64,000 bases of DNA, taken from assembly GCF_031769215.1 (NCBI RefSeq), contig NW_026782185.1:62001-126000 (forward strand). The letters run 5' to 3'. How positions within the stretch are numbered: the first letter of the stretch is position 1; each line of letters begins with the position of its first letter. The notes under the pieces are model-generated. The model made no database searches and was not told the origin of the DNA. It saw nothing but the letters and a program-made list of their open reading frames with translations. The stretch comes from Ylistrum balloti (lineage: Eukaryota). A program made the translations under genes and the position numbers. This document shows positions 1-13,800 of this stretch, in pieces.

Positions 1-9
1 CTACTGTAC

Positions 10-2979
10 CTTGGCTTCTTCAAAGTACGGAGTAAAGACGCGTGGCCTCATATACATGCCGTTGTGTTTACTTCTGATCCAGGCACAGACCCTTTGTCCC
101 CCTGTAGCCTCGTCTCCCAACATGTGTGAGGGTGGCGTGCTCACCAAACCTCGTTTTATTGCACCACTTAACACTTCACTATTATAAGGAATGATATGAT
201 CCACGCGAATCAGGGGAAGTAACTCTGCTAAGATATCCCGCAATTCAATGTCGTTTAAATCTCTTTTCTTTACACCTTTCTTGCTTATGCTGTGTGTTGT
301 GTGGCTCAGTAAGTTGGGTTCTGAAAAGAAAAGCCAAGTCTCATAATACATGTTTGGTCAACGATAGTGTAGTAACTTCCGAGTTCGAAGAACCAGCCAT
401 TCAAATCTGAGAAATATCCTTCTAACACTTCTAAAAAAAGTGATAGCAACTTTAATCAGTCAAAAACCAAGATGTCTTCCTTTCTTATCTCTCTCCTTCC
501 AGAAATAAGTAAATACAAAACTGAATCAACTCACCTCTCTCCTCTATACGTCTTACTAACTGATGTTCTCCCCATTTCAGAACAGCTGTCAGTACATCTA
601 ACTCCCCTGCCTACAATATACAGAAAAAAATCAAAGAATGAACTTCTGAAAAGACATTTATAAAAATAGAACTAAATCATAAAGTAACTGTCAATCTGGA
701 AAAGTTTAATTTATGTATCACAGAAAATGAATTCAGGTAAAATGCCATGTGTGACAATTACATCCACCTTTAGAATATCAATTAAAACATTATGTAAATA
801 TCTATGTAAATAAGGTTTATCAATATCTGAAACTCACAACATCCTTTAGAAATCTGATAAATATTCAATACTACAATAATTTGGAATCTTATGTGCTGAG
901 TTTTATCACCATGCAAACAGCTGCTCTGGGTCATTATTTAGTGGGCATCTGTTGGCGCAGTTAGTTTAGGTGGCTATGTTACTGAACATTATACAGGAAG
1001 TCCATCCCAACCTATCAATAATTGGGGTGAAGTGTGCTTCCCTCTGACACAACCACTTAACGATCACTGCAGGATGGTTTCATGAGAAACTCAAACCCTC
1101 CAGATCAACCAGTACACACCTCAGATCTTCATCTCATTTGCATAAGCTGATGTTTTAACAATTGCACATATCTCCTTTTTTGCGTGGATCAATTTAAAAT
1201 AACATTGTTATGTAAATTGCACTGTATATAAAATGTCATGCTAGATAACACACTGAATATTACCACTGGAGATTTACCTGTAAGAAATCTGAGCTGAGTG
1301 CCTCTATCAGGTACTCTTTGCTAAGATCCAGAAGTACAGGAGAATGGACAACCTGGAGGAACTCCTCCCTCAGGTAGTGGAGTGCCTGGCGATGGACCCA
1401 CTGTGAACCGTGTGGCTCCGAACTCCAGCTGAGAATGTTGATCAGATTGTCTATACTGATGTGTTCTACAATGATGTCTTCACAACCTGTATAAAAACAC
1501 ATCATAAATGTTGAAAAATATTTCAGTTATCAGTAAGGCAGGTTTTTATTTTTTTTTTCGTCTAAATCCATCCATAAATCCAGCTGAATTTAATAATTGG
1601 TATTTAATTATGTGATTCAACTTTACTGGTATATGGGACAATGATGTGGTTTATGTTTTCTTTTAAAGGGTGTTTGGCTTGTAAAATGTCAATATAGGGA
1701 ACCACTACTGCAAAATATACATGTCATGCAGAGTAGAAATTCACTTTATTTTTTTTTATACATCAAAATCTAAATTTAAAATATTTAATATTACACATCT
1801 ATTCACCATCAGTTACGATGAAGACTTACCCTGTGATAATATTGGGAAGTCCAGGAACTGTCCTATTTGGTAAACTTCCATTGCCTCGTCCACTATTGTC
1901 ATTTGTCCCTTGCCTGCCACGATTGCCTGCGCCTCACTCAAGCTACACATACTTGCACTTCCCCGTAGTATCAACGATAAATCAACAGTATCTTGGTATA
2001 TTGCATTCAGTAACACTCTCGCATATCGCCTGGGAATCACGGATTCATCAAGCACAATTCTAGTAGGTGTATGTAAGGTACGATCAGTGATTTCCTCCCC
2101 TGACCGAGCTCTCCGTAACAGAAGGTTCCTAAAAAATGGTGATCGAGCAGCTAGAATTGCTTTATGGCAGTAGAGTTCATGCTGGGTGGTTTTACAGGTA
2201 AACTCATTGCTAGTGTATGATTCGGTCATAGATGCAGACATTGGATCTGGCATGTCTGCCACTAAGTCACATGAGAACACAAGCACAGCATCCCTATAGT
2301 CACCTGAATCTAGCAAATTCCTTAAATCCTGTTCTAAGGGATTTGGCATTCCGAACTCCTCCACCAATTTTATCAGCACTTTTTTGTGTTCATGCTTTAA
2401 ATCCTCTGTCTTGATTGAATCAGTATAAAGGTAACGAAGAAGTGATGCAAACAAGGTCACATCCACACCCGCTGTTCTGAAATTGATGGGAACCTGCATG
2501 TTGTAATCTGGGTATCTGCTCAACAGATTCCTGAAATAAGGACTCCGCATGGACAGGAGTGCTCGATGGGCTGGGAAACAAGCCCCTCGATATACAAGGT
2601 CAACATCTGATGAGAATTTTTTATCAAACAAGTTAGACAAATCTTGACGAAAAGAACTAGCTGCAGGTCTTGCAAGGTTGGCAGCCAGAGCCAACTCTTT
2701 CAAAGAAGCTAATGCTTCGTACTCCTGAATCAAGGCCTTCACCTCAGCCAGGGACCAGGATGCAGTTAGGTCACGCAACGCCTTCCCATAATCCAGAGAT
2801 CGGCTGTGTCGCCGAGCCCGTGTTAACTTTTTACGTAATGTTGCAAATTTTGATGCTTTCTTTTTCTTCTCACGAACATTTATGTCTGTGTCAGACACTG
2901 TATAAGCATGAGCGAGTCTAGAGAAAGCTGCTCGTGCCACCTGTTGGGAACTCTCCGGAAAGGAGGAGTTAGCTCCCAT
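10..2979 (-). CDS. BTBD7: BTB/POZ domain-containing protein 7, 5' part (4 coding exons; gene continues beyond window start)
   Basis: Coding exons 2979-1830 (MGANSS..., two BTB domains: DVDLVYRGACFPAHRALL, ELYCHKAILAARSPFFRNLL), 1486-1278 (GCEDIIVEH...SDFLQ, BACK-like), 610-535 (AGELDVLTAVLKWGEHQLVRRIEER, not in ORF track) and 320-10 (EPNLLSHT...PYFEEAK). All joins are GT-AG with consistent phases (1,0,1,0). Peptides closely match vertebrate BTBD7. ATG context CACCATGG; MG-start suggests myristoylation. Confidence 0.95.
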
Positions 2980-4800
2980 GGTGAAGCCGTTATGACAACC
3001 ACGTGTATTTATCTGAGCAGTTAGTTACAGATCATCCTGATGGGCAATCAGCCATTCTATTCCTTTCTAGCACAGAAAATGACAGGGTCACTTTACATCT
3101 TGGTCACATGCATGTGTCATTGTATCTGAAATTATAAAAAAGTTCAAGAATTGAACAGTATGAAGAAATGTATTAGAATTTGGTATTTCCATACACTTGA
3201 TAACTTTTGCACAACCTTGATAGGGCTTGGGACTTTTGCGTGCTTAAATCATCAAGCCTCAGAAAAAATTCTTTTCACAACCCGTTTTGAAACCTGGCTG
3301 ACAATTTATAACTTATAAGAGAAACAACATTTTTTGGCAGCTCTTTTCTGAAGGTAACCTATTTTATAAAAAATAATTCAGAAAGTTTACAACTAATTCA
3401 TGTCTTAAACAGGATATCAAAATAGGGAGTGTCCATTTTGATATTTCCGTCCTCATTTTCCAACATAAACATTTATATATTATATATAGTAACAGGAAGT
3501 TGTATACAATTAAAGTGACAAGTGATTTGTTACAGTTTCCATGTTGTTTATATATGCATGTAGCCTCAACTACCAGGTACTTATGTAATTAGCCATGGGC
3601 TGTGACTGACCTGTTATATTAATAACAATATTTATTTAATAATATGTACTTATAAAGGAATAACAAACCATTAACCGCACATATTGGCGTTCTAAAAAAT
3701 TGATGTTATAGCTATTTTGTTGTCCAGTATAGGCATTGCAATCTGGACTTTGGTTAAAGAATTGTATAACAGCTGCTTGGACCTAATTGCCTGGCATTGT
3801 TGACATTGCAGCAAAAAATCTTTATGTGAGTTCAGAGTGTCTTGTACACATAGAAATTTAATGGGAGTCATATACTTTCTAAATTGCTTAAATCTTATAA
3901 TGCGGGACCTATGGTGTTAAGCAATAAAGATGAAAAAGATGCAAGAAAATAAATGGTAGATTGATCAATGCTTTGGTTACATTGATGGTCTGTATACTGG
4001 CTCCCTGGCTTTCCTGGTACCCCGGACTTTGGTCAAAAATTACTGGCTTACATAATTATATTCCCAATCTGGCCTGCAACCTTCAGTTAATGATGAGCTT
4101 AAACATTAACATTCAGATCATGTACTTAGGATCTGAAGCAACACTCAATCAAATTTCTTCTTTCATGATAAAAATAAAGTAGTACAATGTCCATTTATGC
4201 TCAATTTCCAAGCATTCCAAGAACTTGAAGTGAAATTTGGAAGGAAAAATATTTGAATTAAACAAAAAAATATTTCAAGATGGCTGTCATGATTATGAAT
4301 GATGGTCATCTTGAATACTTGACCTATCCTAAAAAACAATATAATCTAATGAAAAAGATCAGTGATGACTCATTATCATGTATGGATTGAGTTAACTACA
4401 ATCACACAAAATCTATATAAAGCTTTATTTTAATGGAGCTGTGTCTATTTCTACCTGGTCTTCATAACAAGTGTAACTATAGTTGGATACACCAACAGAT
4501 ATTTAACTACATACTTAAATATGCAACATAAATTGACTGAGAAGCTCTGGATGAAGAAGAAGGTTAACACATTAACGTGTGTAAAATGATCAGGTACCGC
4601 ATCCAATTTTATTTTGTTCCACTGACTCCGACACAAAATACACTTGCATGGTTGACTTGAATTGCTGGCATATAGATAAAGTCTATCTTTTCTTTTTATC
4701 CCTCTTTTAGGAATTCACAACAACATTAAACAAAAACAGGAAAGTATACATAATATGGCTGTATTTCACCTTAAACTTGTACCTACACAGGTTTAGATTT

Positions 4801-7800
4801 GTGTATCACCTTGTATCTACACCTGTCTGTATCTACACCTTGTATCTGCACCTGTCTGTATCTACACCTTGTATCTACACCTGTCTGTATATCACCTTGT
4901 ATCTACACCTGTCTGTATCTACACCTATCTGTATATCACCTTGTACCTATACCTGTCTGTATATCACCTTGTATCTACACCTGTCTGTATCTACACCTGT
5001 CTGTATCTACACCTGTCTGTATCTACACCTTGTATCTACACCTGTCTGTATATCACCTTGTATCTACACCTGTCGGTATCTACACCTGTCTGTATATCAC
5101 CTTTTATCTACACCTGTCTGTATCTACACCTATCTGTATATCACCTTGTATCTACACCTGTCTGTATCAACACCTGTCTGTATCTACACCTGTCTGTATC
5201 TACACCTGTCTGTATCTACACCTTGTATCTACACCTGTCTGTATATCGCCTTGTATCTACACCTGTCGGTATCTACACCTGTCTGTATATCACCTTGTAT
5301 CTACACCTGTCTGTATCTACCCCTGTCTGTATCTACACCTTGTATCTACACCTGTCTGTATATCACCATGTATCTACACCTGTCTGTATATCAACGTGTA
5401 TCTACACCTGTCTGTATCTACACCTGTCTGTATCTATACCTTGTATCTATACCTGTCTGTATATCACCTTGTATCTACACCTGTCTGTATACACCTGTCT
5501 GTATCTACACCTGTCTGTATCTATACCTTGTATCTACACCTGTCTGTATATCACCTTGTATCTACACCTGTCTGTATATCACCTTGTATCTACACCTGTC
5601 TGTATATCACCTTGTATCTATACCTGTCTGTATCTACACCTATCTGTATATCACCTTGTATCTACACCTTGTATCTACACCTGTCTGTATCTACATCTTG
5701 TATCTACACCTGTCTGTATCTATACCTTGTATCTACACCTGTCTGTATCTATACCGTGTATCTACACCTGTCTGTATCTATACCTTGTATCTACACCTGT
5801 CTGTATCTACACCTGTCTGTATCTACACCGTGTATCTAAACCTGTCTGTATCTACACCTGTCTGTATCTATAACTTGTATCTACACCTGTCTGTATATCA
5901 CCTTGTATCTACACCTGTCTGTATATCACCTTGTATCTATACCTGTCTGTATCTACACCTATCTGTATATCATCTTGTATCTACACCGTGTATCTACACC
6001 TGTCTGTATCTACACCTGTCTGTATCTATACCTTGTATCTACACCTGTCTGTATATCACCTTGCATCTACACCTGTCTGTATCTACACCTTGTATCTACA
6101 CCTGTCTGTATTTACACCTTGTATCTACACCTGTCTGTATCTACACCTTGTATCTATACCTGTCGGTATCTACACCTTGTATCTACACCCGTCTGTATAT
6201 CACCTTGTATCTACACCTTGTATCTACACCTGTCTGTATGTCACCTTGTATCTACACCTGTCTGTATATCACCTTGTATCTACACCTTGTATCTACACCT
6301 GTCTGTATGTCACCTTGTATCTACACCTGGCTGTATATCGCCTTGTATCTACACCTTGTATCTACACCTGTCTGTATACCACCAGGAATCTACACCTGTC
6401 TGTATCTACACCTGTCTGTATATCACCTTGTATCTACACCTGTCTGTATACCACCAGGAATCTACACCTGTCTGTATCTACATCTTGTATCTACACCTGT
6501 CTGTATATCACCTTGTATCTACGCTTTGTATCTACATCTGTCTCTATCTACACCTTGTATCTACACCTGTCTGTATATCACCTTGTATCTACGCTTTGTA
6601 TCTACATCTGTCTCTATCTACACCTTTTATCTACACCTGTCTGTATCTACACCTTTTATCTACACCTTGTATCTACACCTGTCTGTATGTCACCTTGTAT
6701 CTACACCTGGCTGTATATCGCCTTGTATCTACACCTTGTATCAACACCTGTCTGTATACCACCAGGAATCTACACCTGTCTGTATCTACACCTGTCTGTA
6801 TATCACCTTGTATCTACACCTGTCTGTATACCACCAGGAATCTACACCTGTCTGTATCTACATCTTGTATCTACACCTGTCAGTATATCACCGTGTATCT
6901 ACACCTTGTATCTACACCTGTCTGTATCTACACCTTGTATCTACACCTGTCTGTATATCACCTTGTATCTACGCTTTGTATCTACATCTGTCTCTATCTA
7001 CACCTTTTATCTACACCTGTCTGTATCTACACCTTTTATCTACACCTGTCTGTATATCACCTTGTATCTACACCTATCTGTATATCACCTTGTATCTACA
7101 CCTTTCTGTATCTACACCTGTCTGTATCTACACCTGTCTGTTTACCACCTTGAATCTACACCTTTCTGTATCTACACCTTGTATCTACACCTGTCTGTTT
7201 ACCACCTTGTATCTACACCTGTCTGTATCTACACCTTGTATCTACACCTGTCTGTATCTACACCTGTCTGTATACCACCTTGAATCTACACCTTTCTGTA
7301 TCTACACCTTGTATCTACACCTGTCTGTATTTACACCTTGTATCTACACCTGTCTGTATCTACACCCTCGGTATCTACACCTTGTATCTACACCTGTCTG
7401 TATATCACCTTGTATCTACACCTTGTATCTACACCTGTCTGTATGTCACCTTGTATCTACACCTGTCTGTATATCACCTTGTATCTACACCTTGTATCTA
7501 CACCTGTCTGTATGTCACCTTGTATCTACACCTGGCTGTATATCGCCTTGTATCTACACCTTGTATCTACACCTGTCTGTATACCACCAGGAATCTACAC
7601 CTGTCTGTATCTACACCTGTCTGTATATCACCTTGTATCTACACCTGTCTGTATATAAATCTTGTATCTACACCTGTCAGTATATCACCGTGTATCTACA
7701 CCTTGTATCTACACCTGTCTGTATCTACACCTTGTATCTACACCTATCTGTATCTACACCTTGTATCTACACCTGTCTGTATCTACACCTTGTATCTACA

Positions 7801-10800
7801 CCTGTCTGTATCTACACCTGTCTGTATACCACCTTGAATCTACACCTTTCTGTATCTACACCTTGTATCTACACCTGTCTGTTTACCACCTTGTATCTAC
7901 ACCTGTCTGTATCTACACCTTGTATCTACACCTGTCTGTATCTACACCTGTCTGTATATACCACCTTGAATCTACACCTTTCTGTATCTACACCTTGTAT
8001 CTACACCTGTCTGTATTTACACCTTGTATCTACACCTGTCTGTATCTACACCTGTCTGTATCTACACCGTGTATCTAAACCTGTCTGTATCTACACCTGT
8101 CTGTATGTCACCTTGTATCTACACCTGTCTGTATATCACCTTGTATCTACACCTTGTATCTACACCTGTCTGTATGTCACCTTGTATCTACACCTGTCTG
8201 TATATCACCTTGTATCTACACCTTGTATCTACACCTGTCTGTATGTCACCTTGTATCTACACCTGTCTGTATATCACCTTGTATATCACCTTGTATCTAC
8301 ACCTGTCTGTATACCACCAGGAATCTACACCTGTCTGTATCTACCTTGTATCTACACCTGTCTGTATACCACCAGGTATCTACACCTGTCTGTATCTACA
8401 CCTTGTATCTACACCTGTCTGTATATCACCTGTATCTCCTTGTATCTACACCTGTCTGTATCTACACCTTGTATCTACACCTGTCTGTATATCACCTTGT
8501 ATCTACGCTTTGTATCTACACTGTCTCTATCTACACCTTGTATCTACCTGTCTGTATATACCTTGTATCTACACCTGTCTGTATCTACACCTTGTATCTA
8601 CACCTGTCTGTATATCACCTTGTATCTACACCTGTCTGTATACACCTGTGTGTATCTACACCTGTCTGTATCTACACCTGTCTGTACACCTGTCTGTATC
8701 TACACCTGTTGTATCTACACCCTGTACACCTTGTATCTACACCTGTCTGTTTACCACCTTGTATCTACACCTGTCTGTATCTACACCTTGTATCTACATC
8801 TGTATCTACACCTGTCTGTATACCACCTTGAATCTACACCTTTCTGTATCTACACCTTGTATCTACACCTGTCTGTATTTACACCTTGTATCTACACCTG
8901 TCTGTATCTACACCTTGTATCACCTGTCTGTATCTACACCTTGTATCTACACCTGTCTGTATATCACCTTGTATCTACACCTTGTATCTACACCTGTCTG
9001 TATGTCACCTTGTATCTACACCTGTCTGTATATCACCTTGTATCTACACCTTGTATCTACACCTGTCTGTATGTCACCTTGTATCTACACCTGGCTGTAT
9101 ATCGCCTTGTATCTACACCTTGTATCTACACCTGTCTGTATACCACCAGGAATCTACACCTGTCTGTATCTACACCTGTCTGTATATCACCTTGTATCTA
9201 CACCTGTCTGTATACCACCAGGAATCTACACCTGTCTGTATCTACATCTTGTATCTACACCTGTCAGTATATCACCGTGTATCTACACCTTGTATCTACA
9301 CCTGTCTGTATCTACACCTTGTATCTACACCTGTCTGTATCTACACCTTGTATCTACACCTGTCTGTTTACCACCTTGTATCTACACCTGTCTGTATCTA
9401 CACCTTGTATCTACACCTGTCTGTATCTACACCTGTCTGTATACCACCTTGAATCTACACCTTTCTGTATCTACACCTTGTATCTACACCTGTCTGTTTA
9501 CCACCTTGTATCTACACCTGTCTGTATCTACACCTTGTATCTACACCTGTCTGTATCTACACCTGTCTGTATACCACCTTGAATCTACACCTTTCTGTAT
9601 CTACACCTTGTATCTACACCTGTCTGTATTTACACCTTGTATCTACACCTGTCTGTATCTACACCTTGTATCTATACCTGTCGGTATCTACACCTTGTAT
9701 CTACACCCGTCTGTATATCACCTTGTATCTACACCTTGTATCTACACCTGTCTGTATGTCACCTTGTATCTACACCTGTCTGTATATCACCTTGTATCTA
9801 CACCTTGTATCTACACCTGTCTGTATGTCACCTTGTATCTACACCTGGCTGTATATCGCCTTGTATCTACACCTTGTATCTACACCTGTCTGTATACCAC
9901 CAGGAATCTACACCTGTCTGTATCTACACCTGTCTGTATATCACCTTGTATCTACACCTGTCTGTATACCACCAGGAATCTACACCTGTCTGTATCTACA
10001 TCTTGTATCTACACCTGTCAGTATATCACCGTGTATCTACACCTTGTATCTACACCTGTCTGTATCTACACCTTGTATCTACACCTGTCTGTATATCACC
10101 TTGTATCTACGCTTTGTATCTACATCTGTCTCTATCTACACCTTGTATCTACACCTGTCTGTATATCACCTTGTATCTACACCTTTTATCTACACCTGTC
10201 TCTATCTACACCTTTTATCTACACCTGTCTGTATCTACACCTTTTATCTACACCTGTCTGTATATCACCTTGTATCTACACCTATCTGTATATCACCTTG
10301 TATCTACACCTTTCTGTATCTACACCTGTCTGTATCTACACCTGTCTGTTTACCACCTTGAATCTACACCTTTCTGTATCTACACCTTGTATCTACACCT
10401 GTCTGTTTACCACCTTGAATCTACACCTTTCTGTATCTACACCTTGTATCTACATCTGTCTGTATCTACACCTTGTATCTACACCTTGTATCTATACTTG
10501 TCGGTATCTACACCTTGTATCTACACCTGTCTGTATATCACCTTGTATCTACACCTTGTATCTATACCTGTCTGTATGTCACCTTGTATCTACACCTGTC
10601 TGTATCTACATCTTGTATCTACACCTTGTATCTATACCTGTCGGTATCTACACCTTGTATCTACACCTGTCTGTATATCACCTTGTATCTACACCTTGTA
10701 TCTACACCTGTCTGTATCTACACCTGTCTGTATATCACCTTTTATCTACACCTGTCTGTATCTACACCTTTCGGTATATCACCTTGTATCTACACCTGTC

Positions 10801-10877
10801 TGTATCTACACCTGTCTTTATCTACACCTGTCTGTATCTACACCTGTCTGTATATCACCTTGTATCTACACCTGTCT
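4801..10877. repeat. ~6.1-kb complex minisatellite built from 12/13/16-bp units (TGTATATCACCT, TGTATCTACACCT, TGTATCTACACCTGTC) with higher-order blocks
   Basis: Directly visible tandem array. The + strand almost lacks stop codons, which explains the very long low-complexity ORFs in all three + frames. Confidence 0.98.
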
Positions 10878-12707
10878 GGATACAGGTTTCCATGTGTATT
10901 ACCTTATGTTATCAGGGTATCACTTTTTGTCACTCCATCTATATTTAGCTGTCAGGTATATCATTATATAGGTAATTACTTACAAATGTGTAGCTCATGA
11001 TAATGACACATGCATATAAAAAAGTAGAAAAAATAGGAAAGTAAACCAAACAGAAACGCTGAGAAATGAAATCTTCCCACTTACCATTTCACTGACCTAT
11101 CAAAAAATATCCAATCACAGAAACTGTTACATAACGTATTTTCTCTTTACAGATATATGGTACTATTTATAAAACACACATTCAAGTGTCATTATAAATG
11201 TACTACACAATCTAATTTGATTAGGAAACTTTTGGCACGCTGTGTATAGATTGGCCCCTACAGGGCACATGATATCTACAGTTTTAAGCTACAACTTTAA
11301 TGGCATTTTAATCTCCATAGCCATGAATTCGAAGCAGATTTTTTTTGTAAAGACTTGAATTTACATTATATTTATATCTAAGATGCATTTAATTAAGAAT
11401 CAGTTTTCACATAGCATTCCCAGCATTAAGTCAGTATTTAGGTAAATATATATGTCATGATTAAAGCAAACGTGTAAAACAGTATGTTGTAGGAATTGGA
11501 ACGCCTTGGTATTGTATAAATAAGTGTACATTGGAACATCACCCTGGCTTTCCTTGCCAGCCTCAGACTTCAAAGTGCCTGTGGAGATTCTCTGATTTAT
11601 CAGCAAATGGGCTCCACCCCTCTCACAGATATAGACTGGAGACTCCCTTTCACTTCAGTAAAACTAAGACATGACCCAGGCTGCAACTGCTACTGTCTCA
11701 TATTTCTTCAATTTATCAAACATGTCCAGATTAAGCTGGCTCCTGTAAATGATTTGATGGGCAAATTGTACACAACTTCAAAAACTGATGAGAGTGAGAT
11801 TTATCTCAACACCAGAAATTCCATCAAAGTTAACTGTGGATGTTTTACACCAGAAAGCATATGGCTCTTAATTATAGAACATACAATATTGATGAAGATT
11901 TTAGTTTTAGACAAAATACTTGGTAAAGAGTCACCCAAAAAATGGTCTACAAAATTAAAGTAAATCTGGTACAACTGTGCTTTTGCTAGCTAGAGCTGTT
12001 GTACACATCAGCATTCATATACATGCAGGTAAACAGTGTAACATGATAATTTATTTTTTATTGAATTATATATCTAATTTTGAATTTCATTACTTAGCAA
12101 TATTTTCTGTGGATATTGTATGCATTATCAATATGAAGTATGGTGTCTGTTTTGTGCTAATGTAACATTTTAAGATGCTAATTACAAAATGCAAAATTGT
12201 AGAGCTAAAATGTATAGTAAATAAATGTAGATAATAAATCTGTTTATGGAAAGTACAATAATTTCATACAAATTGAGCTGTAGTTTTCATATATCATACC
12301 AATGAGATTTCATTGCCCTGTAAATAAATAGTATATCATCCCCCACCCCCCCCCACCTTTGCCTTCCCATTCCCCCAACCCCTTTGACTCTTGTGAATTT
12401 ATAGGTCTCCTCGGATTCATAATCATGATAATGACTTCCTTCTATTAACGACAAAAACTTAAGGTATTTGGTCACTTGTAAATATACATATAACACCGGT
12501 AAAAACAAAGATGCTATTCTAAACCTTGAATTTTCTACAGCTATGGTCCCAGATCACAGGAATCCTCCAGGATACACTTAAGTTAGCTGTAAATATTCTT
12601 CATGCATGACATTCCATTAATTAGCAGTCTTTTAATAAATCTCTTTATCCCAGTATATTTCCCTTTCAATGGAAGCAAAGAAATATGAATGGTCTATTAC
12701 AATATTA

Positions 12708-13800
12708 AACAAGAGATCCCAGAGGGATCATGGCGCCCACCATTTGAGGATCTGTTTTCAGTTCTTGAAGATTTGTTTATTTTTTTTTGTGTGTTACAGG
12801 TGTTGTAAATGTTCATGAACTGGTCTTCATTGAATGTACTCAATGATGGCACAAGATATTTTTATTAAGCACCTATTAGCAAATATCATTTGAAAAAGAT
12901 CCCAAAGTATTATTAGATAGCAGTCAGTTACAGGTGGATAATGCTGACAATCCAAGATGCTTGTGCCACCTTGATTTGTATCCAAAAAAGGTACAATGCA
13001 CAACTAGGGACCAAGGGAAACCAATATCTATGAAATATCAGAAGGATCCATCCAGTATGGCTAACAAGCCTGGTGCCTGGCCACCAAAAAGATATTGATT
13101 TCATATGAAATAAGTCCAGTAAAGAAATAGCAGATATAATGCACAAAAAAGGTATAAACTAGGGACCAAGGGGAACCTGCATATGAAATTTGAGAAAGAT
13201 CCATCCAGTACTTTCCAAGAAATAGCGATAACAAACTTTTACATCCAAAATCCATGATGGCCACCTGTCGGCCATCTTGAATTCGAATCAGTCCAAAAAA
13301 GGTACAATGCACAACTAGGGACCAAGGGGAACCTGCATATGAAATTTGAGAAAGATCCATCCAGTACTTTCTCCGAAATAGCGGTAACAAACTTTTACTT
13401 CCAAAATCCAAGATGGCCACCTGTCGGCCATCTTGAATTCAAATCAGTCCAAAAAAGGTACAATGCACAACTAGGGACCAAGGGGAAACTGCATATGAAA
13501 TTTGAGAAAGATCCATCTAGTACTTTTCCATAAATAGCGGTAACAAACTTTTACTTCCAAAATCCAAGATGGCCACCTGTCGGCCATCTTGAATGCGAAT
13601 CAGTTCAAAAAAGGTACAATGCACAACTAGGGACCAAGGGGAACCTGCATATGAAATTTGAGAAAGATCCATCCAGAACTTTTCCAGAAATAGCAGTAAC
13701 AAGAATTGTTTACGGACGGACGGACGCCCGGACGGACGGACCACGGACGCAGGGCGATTTGAATAACCCACTATCTATTTGAATAGATGGTGGGCTAAAA
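12708..13800 (-). mobile_element. Non-autonomous Helentron (HINE)-type element carrying ~5 tandem ~156-bp satellite-like units
   Basis: On the - strand: TTTTAGCCCACCATCT...AGATAGTGGG subterminal inverted repeat, (CGTC)n microsatellite (13716-13750), central repeats (GGTACAATGC at 12990, 13301, 13457, 13613; last two spacings 156 bp) and a 3' hairpin GATCCC-TCT-GGGATC ending CTTGTT. Confidence 0.8.

Noticed and set aside
4777-11000. Very long + strand ORFs (up to 1601 aa; CIYT/LYLHLS/VSTP repeats)
   Set aside because: By-product of a minisatellite whose + strand lacks stop codons. The same peptides appear in all three frames, the ORFs are antisense to BTBD7, and there is no credible start or splice context.
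13061-13771. ORFs with repeated MDLSQISYAGSPWSLVVHCTFF peptides
   Set aside because: Translations of the 156-bp HINE tandem units, not a gene.
4801-13800. CRISPR-like appearance of the repeat arrays
   Set aside because: No unique spacers, no cas genes and a eukaryotic intronic context.
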